From: a virus
Lineage: Duplodnaviria > Caudoviricetes
DNA: 57,761 bases
Virus record (IMG/VR): IMGVR_UViG_3300034357_000936
Location: 1-57,761 of that record
Reading direction: 5' to 3' (one strand)
Position numbers and translations under genes: made by a program. Numbering within the stretch: the first letter of the stretch is position 1; each line of letters starts with the position of its first letter. The notes under the pieces were generated by a model that did not search any database, was not told where the DNA came from, and saw only the letters and a list, made by a program, of their open reading frames with translations. Of this stretch, positions 44,871 through 54,192 are shown piece by piece.

Positions 44871-46103
44871 ATGCAGAAAAGACATTTTCTTTTTGGTTTG
44901 TCTACATTAACTCTTCCCTCCCTGCTTAAGGCACAATATGGAGCAAAAAAGGCAAAGGCAAAAAATGTAATTAATATATTCTTGCCGGGAGGAATTGCTG
45001 CTCAAGAATTTTTAGATCCAAAATCTCTTGCTCCATCAGAATACAGAGGACCATTCGGTTCTATTAAAACGAATGTCTCTGGAATAGAGATCGGAGAAAA
45101 GTTTCAAAAGCTTTCTAAAGTTGCAGATAAGTTCTCAATCATTAGAAGTATGACTCATGGTGAGGCTGCTCATGAAAGAGGCGTTCATAGCATGATGACA
45201 GGTTATAAGCCTTCTCCTGCTTTGGTTTATCCTTCTATGGGAAGCGTTGTTTCTGTTGAGCTTGGCGGTAGAAATAAATTACCCGCTTATGTTTCTGTTC
45301 CTAATGCTTTAGAGAATGGTGGATCAGGATATTTGTCAAGCAAGTATAATCCATTTTCTCTTGGCTCTGATCCAATTAGTCCTTCTTTTAAAGTTAGGGA
45401 TTTAAATAGCGATGTCGATGCTCAAAGGTTTAATAGAAGAAAGAACATTCTTGAAGCTGTTGATTCTAAATTTAAGAATGAAGTGAATAGTGATAATGTT
45501 TCTGCTATTGATTCTTTTTATTCTCAGGCTTATGATCTTATTTCCTCAGAATCTGCCAAACTTGCTTTTGACATCAGTAAGGAAGATCAAAAGACAAAAG
45601 AAATGTATGGATTAACTACTGCTGGTCAAAGGCTTTTGATTTCAAGAAGACTTATTGAAGCTGGAGTTCGGTTTTTAACCGTGTCTTATGGAGGATGGGA
45701 TATGCATGATAATATCAAAAATGGATTTGAAAACCAAGCTCCAGAATTTGATCAAGCACTAGCTGCCCTTCTTTCTGATTTATCTGACAGAGGTTTATTA
45801 GATGAAACGGTTGTAGTCGTTACGAGTGAATTTGGAAGAACTCCTAAGATAAATAATACCGCAGGAAGGGACCATTGGCCAAGAGTTTTCTCAACTTTAA
45901 TTGCGGGAGGAGGAGTTAAAAATGGTCAAATTTATGGAACGTCAGATTCTCTAGGAGGAGAAGTTGATGAAAATCCTGTATCTCCATCAGATTTAAGTGC
46001 AACAATCTTTTCCTTATTAGGAATTGATCCAGAAAAACAATTCATGACTCCAGATTTAAGGCCAATTTTTATTTCACAAGGAAATGTTTTGCCTATTATA
46101 TAA
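44871..46103 (+). CDS. DUF1501-family protein
   Basis: AKNVINIFLPGG, LDPK, IRSM, GQRLLISRRLIEAGVRF, GWDMH, DLSDRGLLDET, EFGRTPKIN, GRDHW. Confidence 0.9.
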   Translation: MQKRHFLFGLSTLTLPSLLKAQYGAKKAKAKNVINIFLPGGIAAQEFLDPKSLAPSEYRGPFGSIKTNVSGIEIGEKFQKLSKVADKFSIIRSMTHGEAAHERGVHSMMTGYKPSPALVYPSMGSVVSVELGGRNKLPAYVSVPNALENGGSGYLSSKYNPFSLGSDPISPSFKVRDLNSDVDAQRFNRRKNILEAVDSKFKNEVNSDNVSAIDSFYSQAYDLISSESAKLAFDISKEDQKTKEMYGLTTAGQRLLISRRLIEAGVRFLTVSYGGWDMHDNIKNGFENQAPEFDQALAALLSDLSDRGLLDETVVVVTSEFGRTPKINNTAGRDHWPRVFSTLIAGGGVKNGQIYGTSDSLGGEVDENPVSPSDLSATIFSLLGIDPEKQFMTPDLRPIFISQGNVLPII

Positions 46104-46411
46104 TGAAGAGTAATAATATTTATAAAGCCAAGATTCTTAATGTTTTTGGTTCTTCTTCTTTTTGTCTTTTGATAGATTTGGGATTTAATGTTTTTGTTAT
46201 ACAAGAAGTTGAATTATTTGGCGTAAAGCCGCTCGAAATTGATGACGAGGCTAAAAGCTCTTTAAAGAGTCTTCTTATTAATAAAGAAGTTCGTATAAAA
46301 AGCTATAAGAATGAAGACAAATATCTTGTAGAGATTTCCGCAGAAATGCTAGGTTCAATAATCAATATCTCTTCTTATTTTTCCTCTTTAGGATATGTTA
46401 AGAAGATTTAG
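46103..46411 (+). CDS. Thermonuclease (SNase)-like protein, degenerate
   Basis: YKAKILNV...IDLGFNV...ELFGV; the usual DGDT is absent. Confidence 0.5.
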   Translation: MKSNNIYKAKILNVFGSSSFCLLIDLGFNVFVIQEVELFGVKPLEIDDEAKSSLKSLLINKEVRIKSYKNEDKYLVEISAEMLGSIINISSYFSSLGYVKKI

Positions 46412-46629
46412 TAACCTCGACGCTCTAATTCTCGAAATCTTTTGTCTGAATGCCAAACTTCTTCAGTTTGAGGGGTATAAAATCCTTCTTTTGTTTCAAC
46501 TTGTTTCCCCTCTTCCAAGACGATAATTGATGGTTGATAAATGTTTAATTTACCAATGATTTGAGTTGGAGAAGGTTTTGAAGAACAAGAGCAAAGAAAG
46601 AGACTAAAGACGGCTAAGTATTTTTTCAT
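46408..46629 (-). CDS. Small lipoprotein (o-spanin-like)
   Basis: MKKYLAVFSLFLCSC lipobox; overlaps the upstream gene end. Confidence 0.55.
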   Translation of the reverse strand: MKKYLAVFSLFLCSCSSKPSPTQIIGKLNIYQPSIIVLEEGKQVETKEGFYTPQTEEVWHSDKRFRELERRGY

Positions 46630-46840
46630 ATTTGATCTTTTCTTTTTGAAGTTGTAAAAATATGAAATCGGCTTTTTGGGTAGCCTCTTCTGTTTTTTTA
46701 CTTCTATTAAATTCAATTTCTTTAATAAGACTAGACTGCTTGTTTTCAGACTCATCAAGCATATCATAAACTAACTTCTCTTTTTTCAGAGACCAAAAAG
46801 CGGATAATGCCTCAAAAAGTCCTGTAAGTGCTGCTATCAA
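46604..46840 (-). CDS. N-anchored coiled-coil protein (i-spanin-like)
   Basis: Hydrophobic N-terminus, charged helix, overlap with the lipoprotein gene. Confidence 0.45.
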   Translation of the reverse strand: MIAALTGLFEALSAFWSLKKEKLVYDMLDESENKQSSLIKEIEFNRSKKTEEATQKADFIFLQLQKEKIKYEKILSRL

Positions 46841-46852
46841 AAGTTTATTACG

Positions 46853-47458
46853 TTACGAAGCTCTAGGATGACCTTTTGGTAAAAGATCGTTGTCTTGTTT
46901 GTAATTCGGATTTGAAGGTCTTCCGTTTCTAAGAAGATAAAGGAAAGCGTTAACTCTCGCTATTGCCCAACCGTGTCTTGACATATTTGGGGCGTGACTT
47001 GTTGAAAATGCACCAGAACCTCTTCTATAAACGGCTTTTAACATTGACAAGGAAGCTTTTGAACCCTTGTCTTTTTTATTATGTTCTTGGGCCAAGTTTT
47101 TTAATTGATCTTCTGTTTCTTTGCTAAATTGAATACTTGGATTAGCTTTTTCGGCACTCTTCTCTGGATTTTTTTCTGATCCTTTCTTTTGATCCTTTTT
47201 AGGTGCAGGAGTTTTTCTAGGATCATCCTTAGTGGGTTTGCCGTATTGAAGTGCTTCAGATTCTTCAAAGAAGAGTTGAGTATCATCCCCTTGTCCAATG
47301 ACAATAGATGCTTCGGATTCTTTCTTTTTAAAGATATCATAACAAACAGCAACTCTCTGTTTGGAATCTTTAAATTCTTCTTCGGTTGTTAATTCAGAAA
47401 CGCACCTACTAACAAATTCGCTTCTCTTTTCTTTCTTTTTTGGACTAGGTAAGGGCAT
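46853..47458 (-). CDS. Conserved basic large-phage protein
   Basis: MPLPSP..EFVSRC; KAVYRRGSGAFSTSH..WAIARVNAFL..DNDLLP. Confidence 0.8.
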   Translation of the reverse strand: MPLPSPKKKEKRSEFVSRCVSELTTEEEFKDSKQRVAVCYDIFKKKESEASIVIGQGDDTQLFFEESEALQYGKPTKDDPRKTPAPKKDQKKGSEKNPEKSAEKANPSIQFSKETEDQLKNLAQEHNKKDKGSKASLSMLKAVYRRGSGAFSTSHAPNMSRHGWAIARVNAFLYLLRNGRPSNPNYKQDNDLLPKGHPRAS

Positions 47459-47461
47459 GGC

Positions 47462-47857
47462 TTATTGTATTTCTTCTATTTGATCTTGAGAGAATAAATG
47501 TGACACATCTTCTTCATTTAAAAAAGTTTCTCCGTCCCATTCTGTTAAATCAACTTCGTAAGTAAAGTTGTTGCTGGCAGTCATTTTGCTGACGGGTTTT
47601 TGCGACCACATCTTGCAAGACCAGTAACCGGGAGTAGTTTTATCTTTTTGTTGATCACAATTATGTCTTGCGCGAAAAGACTTTCTTCTTTCTGGATCGT
47701 CTCTCTTAATTTCCATATTTGGATCACCAAATCTTACGATTTTAACATTGCCACTTTTTGGATCTTTAACATAAACAGCAAATTTCTTAGGACCACTTGG
47801 AGTTCTAAAAGGTTTGTTTAGGGCTTTCTTTTTTTCTGCTTCAGAGTATTTTTTCAT
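47462..47857 (-). CDS. Conserved basic large-phage protein
   Basis: LNKPFRTP..KKFAVYVK..VRFGDPNM..RKSFRARHNC..YWSCKMW. Confidence 0.8.
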   Translation of the reverse strand: MKKYSEAEKKKALNKPFRTPSGPKKFAVYVKDPKSGNVKIVRFGDPNMEIKRDDPERRKSFRARHNCDQQKDKTTPGYWSCKMWSQKPVSKMTASNNFTYEVDLTEWDGETFLNEEDVSHLFSQDQIEEIQ

Positions 47858-47858
47858 T

Positions 47859-48911
47859 TTATCCAATAAAAACATGAGAAGTTTCGCCACCACCACCTGC
47901 TTCAAATCCATCAAATATTGGTGCTAAGAACGCTTGTTTAGAGGTATTTACTGTCCAAGAACCTACGCCAGTTGGAGTTTGCGTGCATGTTGCATAAGCA
48001 AGAGAACTTCCTCCTAAAGGACTACCGTATCTCCATTGAGCGTTTGGAAAAGTCATAGTTGCTAAACCTATATTAGTTCCTGTTGTTGCCTCAAGAGCAA
48101 GCCAATAAGTTCCCGTCGCAAGATTGGCTGATCCAGTAAAAATATATTCTGCAACAAAAGCGGAGGTAGAGGGGGGAACTGTTGCAGATATTTCTGTTGA
48201 AGTTAATACCGTAGAACCGTCAGTGTCATAAAGTTTTATTGTCCCTGACGCATCTGCATCAACCCATATTTTGGCTCCACAAAATCTTGCAGGAACATTA
48301 AGAACCATACGATTTCCAATTGTGTCTGGAGTAGAAGATGACGTAAAGGTTTCTGTTGTGACAGAACTAAGTGGCCAAAAATGTTTGATTTGAACAGCGG
48401 TTCCATCGCTTCCTCCAACTCCAATATTTGGTGCTAAGTTATCTCTTAAAGTTGCTGATGCATCAAAATCAATACAGTAAGGAAGTCCTGATGCAGCATT
48501 ATCATCTGAAAATACTCCAATATTAACCGCGCTAGGAGTGCCTGCCTGACCAGCAATTCTCACACAACATAAAGTTCCTTTAGTTATGGTCGCTGGAGTA
48601 GAAAAAAATGCAGTATAATCATTAGCTGAATTTGTAACAGTCATATCATACGGACCTACTAAAACAGTTCCGTTTGGCTCTCCTGTTGCGGTGTTAACTC
48701 CTTCAATTGTAACTCTAACAGTGCAAGAAGCTGATGCAGCGGTATTGACGCGAAAAAACACGCGATCAATTTCTTTAGTTTCTGGCATTACAAATACCGC
48801 AGCAATCCATTGTGTCACACTGTTTATATCAAGAGTTGCCGCTCCAGCTAAAGTCGGAGTAGTCGCCGCATTACTTGGCATGTCATATCTTGGAAGAGAA
48901 ACTATACTCAT
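47859..48911 (-). CDS. Putative virion structural (beta-rich) protein
   Basis: T/G/A/S-rich composition, structural gene context. Confidence 0.6.
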   Translation of the reverse strand: MSIVSLPRYDMPSNAATTPTLAGAATLDINSVTQWIAAVFVMPETKEIDRVFFRVNTAASASCTVRVTIEGVNTATGEPNGTVLVGPYDMTVTNSANDYTAFFSTPATITKGTLCCVRIAGQAGTPSAVNIGVFSDDNAASGLPYCIDFDASATLRDNLAPNIGVGGSDGTAVQIKHFWPLSSVTTETFTSSSTPDTIGNRMVLNVPARFCGAKIWVDADASGTIKLYDTDGSTVLTSTEISATVPPSTSAFVAEYIFTGSANLATGTYWLALEATTGTNIGLATMTFPNAQWRYGSPLGGSSLAYATCTQTPTGVGSWTVNTSKQAFLAPIFDGFEAGGGGETSHVFIG

Positions 48912-49243
48912 GGTTGATATTGATTCCTCCTTTGATCAGCTAATTCTCTCTCTGCTATATTTAATGGAGACTGTAAGGGATCGTTAGCTATAAAATCAGC
49001 AATTAATAAATCAATTCTATCAAGAATTCCAGTCTTTGCTTGATTAAATTCTGTAATATGTTCTTCTGTTTCTGCTGCTGGTTCTGGAATCGCCACAACT
49101 ACTTGTCGAGCCAATTCATCTAATCCTTTATCAAATAATAAACTTAAATTTTCTCTGAGTGGAAAAAAAGATTGTTTAAACCAATCTGATTGGCCAAAAA
49201 AGAAGGCGTTCATTTCTGATCTAATTTCTTCTCTATTATTCAT
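48908..49243 (-). CDS. Hypothetical protein
   Basis: ORF overlapping both neighbours. Confidence 0.65.
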   Translation of the reverse strand: MNNREEIRSEMNAFFFGQSDWFKQSFFPLRENLSLLFDKGLDELARQVVVAIPEPAAETEEHITEFNQAKTGILDRIDLLIADFIANDPLQSPLNIAERELADQRRNQYQP

Positions 49244-49854
49244 ATCGATCTTCTAACATTAAGAGTCAAAGTTGCTTGTGTAACCCCCGTTACTGAGTCA
49301 ACATTAAACGCAAGATAATGTCCTCCAGTTAATGACGCCGCCCAATTTGTTAAAGTTAAATCTTGAGATTTCTGACCGGAAGAAAGGGTTGGAGTAGCTG
49401 AAGCTGTAATAGAATCTGCGTCAGTTGGAGGGAAATTTGCGAAAGTGTCTCTCCAAATATCAATAACAATACTACCAGTTTCTTTTGCGACAATTTCTGA
49501 TGAGGTAATCGTGCAATTGTAAGGAATTTTAAGATAACCTTTTACTCCTGCTGTTATTGCTGATCCAGCCCCATCAATAACAATACCTAAAGAACCTGAC
49601 GTAGTATGACTGTGATTTCCAGATGCAATCTGTGCCGCACCTGTTCCAATATTTAAAGAAATTTGTTGACCAGTTAAATTTATGCCGTTGCCAGCAACCG
49701 TAGCGGCATCATGAAGTTGGGCATGGGTATGATTTCCAGATGCGACTTGTCCAGCCCCCGTTCCATAGATAAGACCTAAAGCAGTTCTTGCAGCATCGTC
49801 GGTTAATGTTTGCAGAAATTCATGAATTTCGCTACTTACAGTAATGTTGGCCAT
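49240..49854 (-). CDS. Tail-fibre-like protein
   Basis: ARTALGL, two GTGAxQxASGNHxH repeats, GSIVIDIW..FPPTDADSI. Confidence 0.75.
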   Translation of the reverse strand: MANITVSSEIHEFLQTLTDDAARTALGLIYGTGAGQVASGNHTHAQLHDAATVAGNGINLTGQQISLNIGTGAAQIASGNHSHTTSGSLGIVIDGAGSAITAGVKGYLKIPYNCTITSSEIVAKETGSIVIDIWRDTFANFPPTDADSITASATPTLSSGQKSQDLTLTNWAASLTGGHYLAFNVDSVTGVTQATLTLNVRRSI

Positions 49855-49934
49855 AACAAATTTAATTACACAAAAAAAGGTTTTATACTTATTTAAATTT
49901 TATAGCATTAAGTTTTTCTATTTAATTTATGCCA

Positions 49935-50870
49935 TTATGGCGGCGAAGTTGGCGGCGAAGTTGGCGGCGAAGTTGGCGGCGAAGTTGGCGGCGAAGTTGG
50001 CGGCGAAGTTGGCGGCGAAGTTGGCGGCGAAGTTGGCGGCGAAGTTGGCGGCGAAGTTGGCGGCGAAGTTGGTGGAGCCGTCGTCGGACAAGCAGTAACA
50101 ACAGGAACGCCATCTGTTAAATAATAACCCGTAGTATTATATACAAATACTCCGTTATAAAGAGTCGTTCTTATTGAATCATTATAATATGTTCCAGTTG
50201 TAGAAAATGTTGAACTATTTGAATATGCTCTAGAAACAGGGCTTCCAGCACAATTATATCCATCAAAAGTAAAGGCGCAAATATAACCACCAGAAGCAAC
50301 TCCCGTATTATATAAAATAGGTTGACCAGTTCCTCCTAATATAAATTCTCCATTATAGAAATCTTGTAGACCAAATGAGGTGCTGTAAGCAATGCTTCCC
50401 GTAGAGAATGTGTCGTTGTTTGTATAAATTGTTATATTAGAACCTTCACAAGTTAGTCCATTATAAGCAGATCGATATTCGTAATAATCAATACCATTTG
50501 GTTGAAGATAATAATCAATACCATTTGGCTGAAGATAAGCATTAGTTGGCGGAAGTATGGGTGCAGCCGTTGTCGTCGTTGTCGGCGCAGCAGTCGTCGT
50601 AGGCCCATTAGATAATCCACTAAGGGCAGGAGGAATTGGTCTAAGACCTCCATCATAAGGAATAACCATTAAACCCGTAAGACCAACATTATAACACTTC
50701 TTATTAAATTCCCTCCAAACGTGACTATACGCCAAATTATAGTATCGATTAAAACTGCCAGTTTCTAATGCTGGTCCAGCTAAACCAGAGTCTATGACTC
50801 TTCCTTTCAGTGTTGAGAGTTGTCCACTGCTTGCAATATGAATTTCATGAATCAAAGAATGAAGACTCAT
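49935..50870 (-). CDS. Putative structural protein with mucin-like (TSPP)11 tail
   Basis: TTTAAP linkers, duplicated YLQPNGIDY, terminal tandem repeat. Confidence 0.75.
   Translation of the reverse strand: MSLHSLIHEIHIASSGQLSTLKGRVIDSGLAGPALETGSFNRYYNLAYSHVWREFNKKCYNVGLTGLMVIPYDGGLRPIPPALSGLSNGPTTTAAPTTTTTAAPILPPTNAYLQPNGIDYYLQPNGIDYYEYRSAYNGLTCEGSNITIYTNNDTFSTGSIAYSTSFGLQDFYNGEFILGGTGQPILYNTGVASGGYICAFTFDGYNCAGSPVSRAYSNSSTFSTTGTYYNDSIRTTLYNGVFVYNTTGYYLTDGVPVVTACPTTAPPTSPPTSPPTSPPTSPPTSPPTSPPTSPPTSPPTSPPTSPPTSPP
49939..50070. repeat. 11 perfect copies of the 12-bp unit GGCGGCGAAGTT
   Basis: Direct count. Confidence 0.97.
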
Positions 50871-50902
50871 CAATTAATACTACACTAATATAAAAAAAAT
50901 CA

Positions 50903-51466
50903 TCATTTAGTTGCTTGAAAATGCATAGCATCGCGACTCCAAAAGGCTCCAGCACTTAACCATCCTTCTTTTGCAAACTCTTCCATGATTTCTAATGGCA
51001 TTGTTGCCTTTGTTGGCCAAAAGGTATGATTTCCATTGGAAGAAGGGGAAAGGTCTATTGCCGCACCTCTTGCATGTAGACTTGGAAGACTTCCTCCTCT
51101 CATCTTTCTATTATTATAACATCCTGCGTATTCTTTTAGAATATGACTATTTGGGCTTTTTGAAATGGCAGTTAAAACTCTTTTAAGACTTTCGGCAACT
51201 TTTTTATGACAAAGAATAGTTTTAACTGGTTTATCTTCATATAAAATTCCTAAACCAAGAACGTCCAAGTTTACTAATTGAGATTCTCTTCCTGATGGGC
51301 CATAAAATTTAGTAAGACTTGATTGATCTGTTTTGGGCCAAGGATTTTGTGGCGGCATTAATTTTCTCAAATAAGATTGACAGGCTTTAACACTTTTTGG
51401 TCCCCAAAATCCATCTGGAGTTGTTCCGATTTTGGATTGAATAGCTTTTATTTGTTCTTGATTCAT
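50903..51466 (-). CDS. M15-family endopeptidase endolysin with short PG-binding N-terminus
   Basis: DGFWGPKS; RKMRGGSLPSLHARGAAIDL; DAMHFQ. Confidence 0.88.
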   Translation of the reverse strand: MNQEQIKAIQSKIGTTPDGFWGPKSVKACQSYLRKLMPPQNPWPKTDQSSLTKFYGPSGRESQLVNLDVLGLGILYEDKPVKTILCHKKVAESLKRVLTAISKSPNSHILKEYAGCYNNRKMRGGSLPSLHARGAAIDLSPSSNGNHTFWPTKATMPLEIMEEFAKEGWLSAGAFWSRDAMHFQATK

Positions 51467-51533
51467 ATGTTTTTTTTGCCTTAGTAAGATTTACACTTTA
51501 TAGATTAAAAGAGAATTATGTGTATAAGGTTTT

Positions 51534-52091
51534 ATGATAAGAGGAAAAGCTTCTTCAATTTTTAATAATGGAGATAACTTAATTGTTTCAAGAGTTAACG
51601 ATGAAACCTTTACAATATCAGAAGGAATCGTTTATCTAGGAGGAGATGCTATTTTTTTTGAGGGACAATCTTTTCCAGTTCGTAATACGAGTTTGCCATT
51701 TAGAATAGGAATAGAAGTTGAAGGATTACCTAGTTCAAGCCGTCCTGTAGAGACTTATAATATAGCTAAGGCTGGAAATTCAATAAAGCCAGCAGATGTT
51801 TTTGATTCTGTTGAACAAGCTGCAACTCCATATGATTTGTCTAAATCAAAACTTGTTCCAATTGGATATAATTTTGATGATAGGATACAAATCAAAAATC
51901 CATTTAAATCTTTAGCAATTGTTGAACAACAAAGAGGAAAAATAATAGTTAAGCAACATACTTATGGTCCATTAATATTTATACCGATTCAAGAATATGA
52001 TTATGGAGACGATTATGTTGCTCTTAGAACGTTGGGAGCAGATTCCTTTCCAGCTTATTATACTATAAATAAAAGACTTTTTTTAAAATGA
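51534..52091 (+). CDS. Hypothetical protein
   Basis: 185-aa ORF. Confidence 0.7.
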   Translation: MIRGKASSIFNNGDNLIVSRVNDETFTISEGIVYLGGDAIFFEGQSFPVRNTSLPFRIGIEVEGLPSSSRPVETYNIAKAGNSIKPADVFDSVEQAATPYDLSKSKLVPIGYNFDDRIQIKNPFKSLAIVEQQRGKIIVKQHTYGPLIFIPIQEYDYGDDYVALRTLGADSFPAYYTINKRLFLK

Positions 52092-52759
52092 TAATAAATA
52101 ATAAAGCAGATACGATTTTACTTTCTAATAAAAAACCTTATCCTCTTCGGCCCCTTTTTGTTGCTAAAAATGAACAAAAACAAACTTTAATTGTTTCAGT
52201 TGAACCGGGAACGATTGTCGATCTTAATGCATTAGAAGAGTATTCGGTTCTTGATGAAAGAAGACTTTTTGAATTGAAAGTAGGAGAATCTTTATGTATT
52301 CTTGCAGATGTTTATTTTCCAGAAAGAATTGCATCTGGAAATATTCAAGGATATGAATATGATGAAGAGAGCGATAAAAAAGAAGTTACAATAGGTGGAT
52401 ATAAGATCTATTTGAATAGATATAACATTCAAGGTTTTAGAATTGTTCAAACGAATGAAAAAGATCTTGAAAAATTGAAAAATTATCTTGTATTATGTTA
52501 CTATTCTCCCCCCAACCCACTTGATGTTACAGATACGGGGTTTCGTGAAGTTGTTTTTTATGATGATATCAATACCGCATTTAATCAAATGTATGTTGAG
52601 GGTTTCATGTCTTTTCGACAAGGTATTATTGTTCCTAAAGATGCAGAGGATGAATATGAATTACCACAACCAGACGAAAATGAAGACTTGGGAGAATTAA
52701 TATATTTTTTTGCATGGCAATATGAGGCTCCTATTACTACAACAACGCCGCCACCCTAA
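52088..52759 (+). CDS. Hypothetical protein ending in PITTTTPPP
   Basis: 223-aa ORF. Confidence 0.7.
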   Translation: MIINNKADTILLSNKKPYPLRPLFVAKNEQKQTLIVSVEPGTIVDLNALEEYSVLDERRLFELKVGESLCILADVYFPERIASGNIQGYEYDEESDKKEVTIGGYKIYLNRYNIQGFRIVQTNEKDLEKLKNYLVLCYYSPPNPLDVTDTGFREVVFYDDINTAFNQMYVEGFMSFRQGIIVPKDAEDEYELPQPDENEDLGELIYFFAWQYEAPITTTTPPP

Positions 52760-52804
52760 TATTAGACAAGTAACAGATTGAACCAAGAATACAAGCGTTA
52801 AAAA

Positions 52805-53608
52805 ATGAATATTTCAAAAAAAGTAGATACAATTTTTCCTAAAGATGAGATTCCTCTTTTGATTTCATCTCCATTTAATTTAGGACGACTAAAAGTAATT
52901 CGTTGTAATTATGGTGAACTTGTAGATGATATATATAAATTAATAAATGTAGAAAAGAAAGATAGAAAAGAAAATCTACTTCCCGGCGCGATAGATGAAT
53001 TAATAACATATGATTGTTCTTTATGGGATTTTCCTGACGAAGTTGAACAATGCAAAAAAAGAAAAAGAACAATATATGATAATACTTTTGAAATCCCATC
53101 CAAAGATGAATATTTAGTTGTTACCCTTTCTTTTCTTTTTGATTTATGGGACTTTTCGGCTAACGCAGGTCTTCTACGAATTAAGGAGGGTCCAATTGGT
53201 GTTATAAAAACTAAAATTAATTGGAAAAAAAAAGAAGATATATTACCGGCAACATTTACTAGCGATGATGTTGTAGATTTAATGAATCGAGTATCGGTAG
53301 AATTAGAGGGAAGAGAGTTTTGTAATACCGTCTCTTACGATGTTGATCTAGTAATCTATGGAAAAGGCATTCAATATTTTAAAGGACATATAAAATATAT
53401 TGTATCAACTTTTAGAGAAAATAATACGTTGGGTGATGAGGACGCTGCAAATCTTAATTATTATGCAAATTTATATAAGACTGATGATAGATTTTATGAA
53501 TGTCAAAATCCAGCAGAAATTTATGAAGAGGTAACATTACAAAAGTATCCAGAACAAGAACCACTTGTCTATCATATTAATTTTATTGGAACAAAATCTA
53601 GGGATTAA
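52805..53608 (+). CDS. Hypothetical protein
   Basis: 267-aa ORF. Confidence 0.7.
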   Translation: MNISKKVDTIFPKDEIPLLISSPFNLGRLKVIRCNYGELVDDIYKLINVEKKDRKENLLPGAIDELITYDCSLWDFPDEVEQCKKRKRTIYDNTFEIPSKDEYLVVTLSFLFDLWDFSANAGLLRIKEGPIGVIKTKINWKKKEDILPATFTSDDVVDLMNRVSVELEGREFCNTVSYDVDLVIYGKGIQYFKGHIKYIVSTFRENNTLGDEDAANLNYYANLYKTDDRFYECQNPAEIYEEVTLQKYPEQEPLVYHINFIGTKSRD

Positions 53609-53664
53609 CTAATTAGAGAATCAAAAATAATAATTAAAAAGTTTTATATATTTTGAAATATAAT

Positions 53665-54192
53665 TTAACTTACATGGTTTGGCCAAAATTGAGTTTTAAT
53701 ATCCATTCTTTCTAAAGAATCTGTAAATTTTTTAACATCAGATCTGAGGAAATTTGTTTCTTTAGAAATGGGAACATTAAAAAGTTTTTCTAATTTGTTT
53801 TGAAGTTCTATTTCTCGATTATTTATTTCTCTTTCATATGAAAAACAAATTGCATGTGGAGAAACTAATTTGTCCTCATTAATAATCCATTTTTTAAAAC
53901 CCTCTTTAGAGTTATTAGTTAATTTTTTAAAGCCTTCTTCGTCTGTTATTTTTTCTCTTTTACAATATGAAAAAATTACATCATCAACATTTCTATATGA
54001 ATAAAAAAGTAACTCATTACCCTCGTATCCTCCCGGTCCAACCCATTTTTTTTCAGTGTTTGTCCAATTTGTATGTTGTTTTTCAACAATAAAAGAAAGT
54101 TTGTTTTTTTCTACTATTTCTTTTAAAATATTAAATAACAAAGTTCCACCACTCCGATACATAGAACATACTATTATTTTTTGTTTATTCAT
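53665..54192 (-). CDS. Sulfotransferase-like P-loop protein
   Basis: CSMYRSGGTLL (5'-PSB-like), YRNVDDVIFS (3'-PB-like), FSYE. Confidence 0.65.
   Translation of the reverse strand: MNKQKIIVCSMYRSGGTLLFNILKEIVEKNKLSFIVEKQHTNWTNTEKKWVGPGGYEGNELLFYSYRNVDDVIFSYCKREKITDEEGFKKLTNNSKEGFKKWIINEDKLVSPHAICFSYEREINNREIELQNKLEKLFNVPISKETNFLRSDVKKFTDSLERMDIKTQFWPNHVS

Noticed and set aside
49844-50120. ORFs reading (AAKL)n, (WRRS)n and (LRRQ)n
   Set aside because: Alternative frames of the 12-bp repeat; the TSPP frame is continuous with a long gene.
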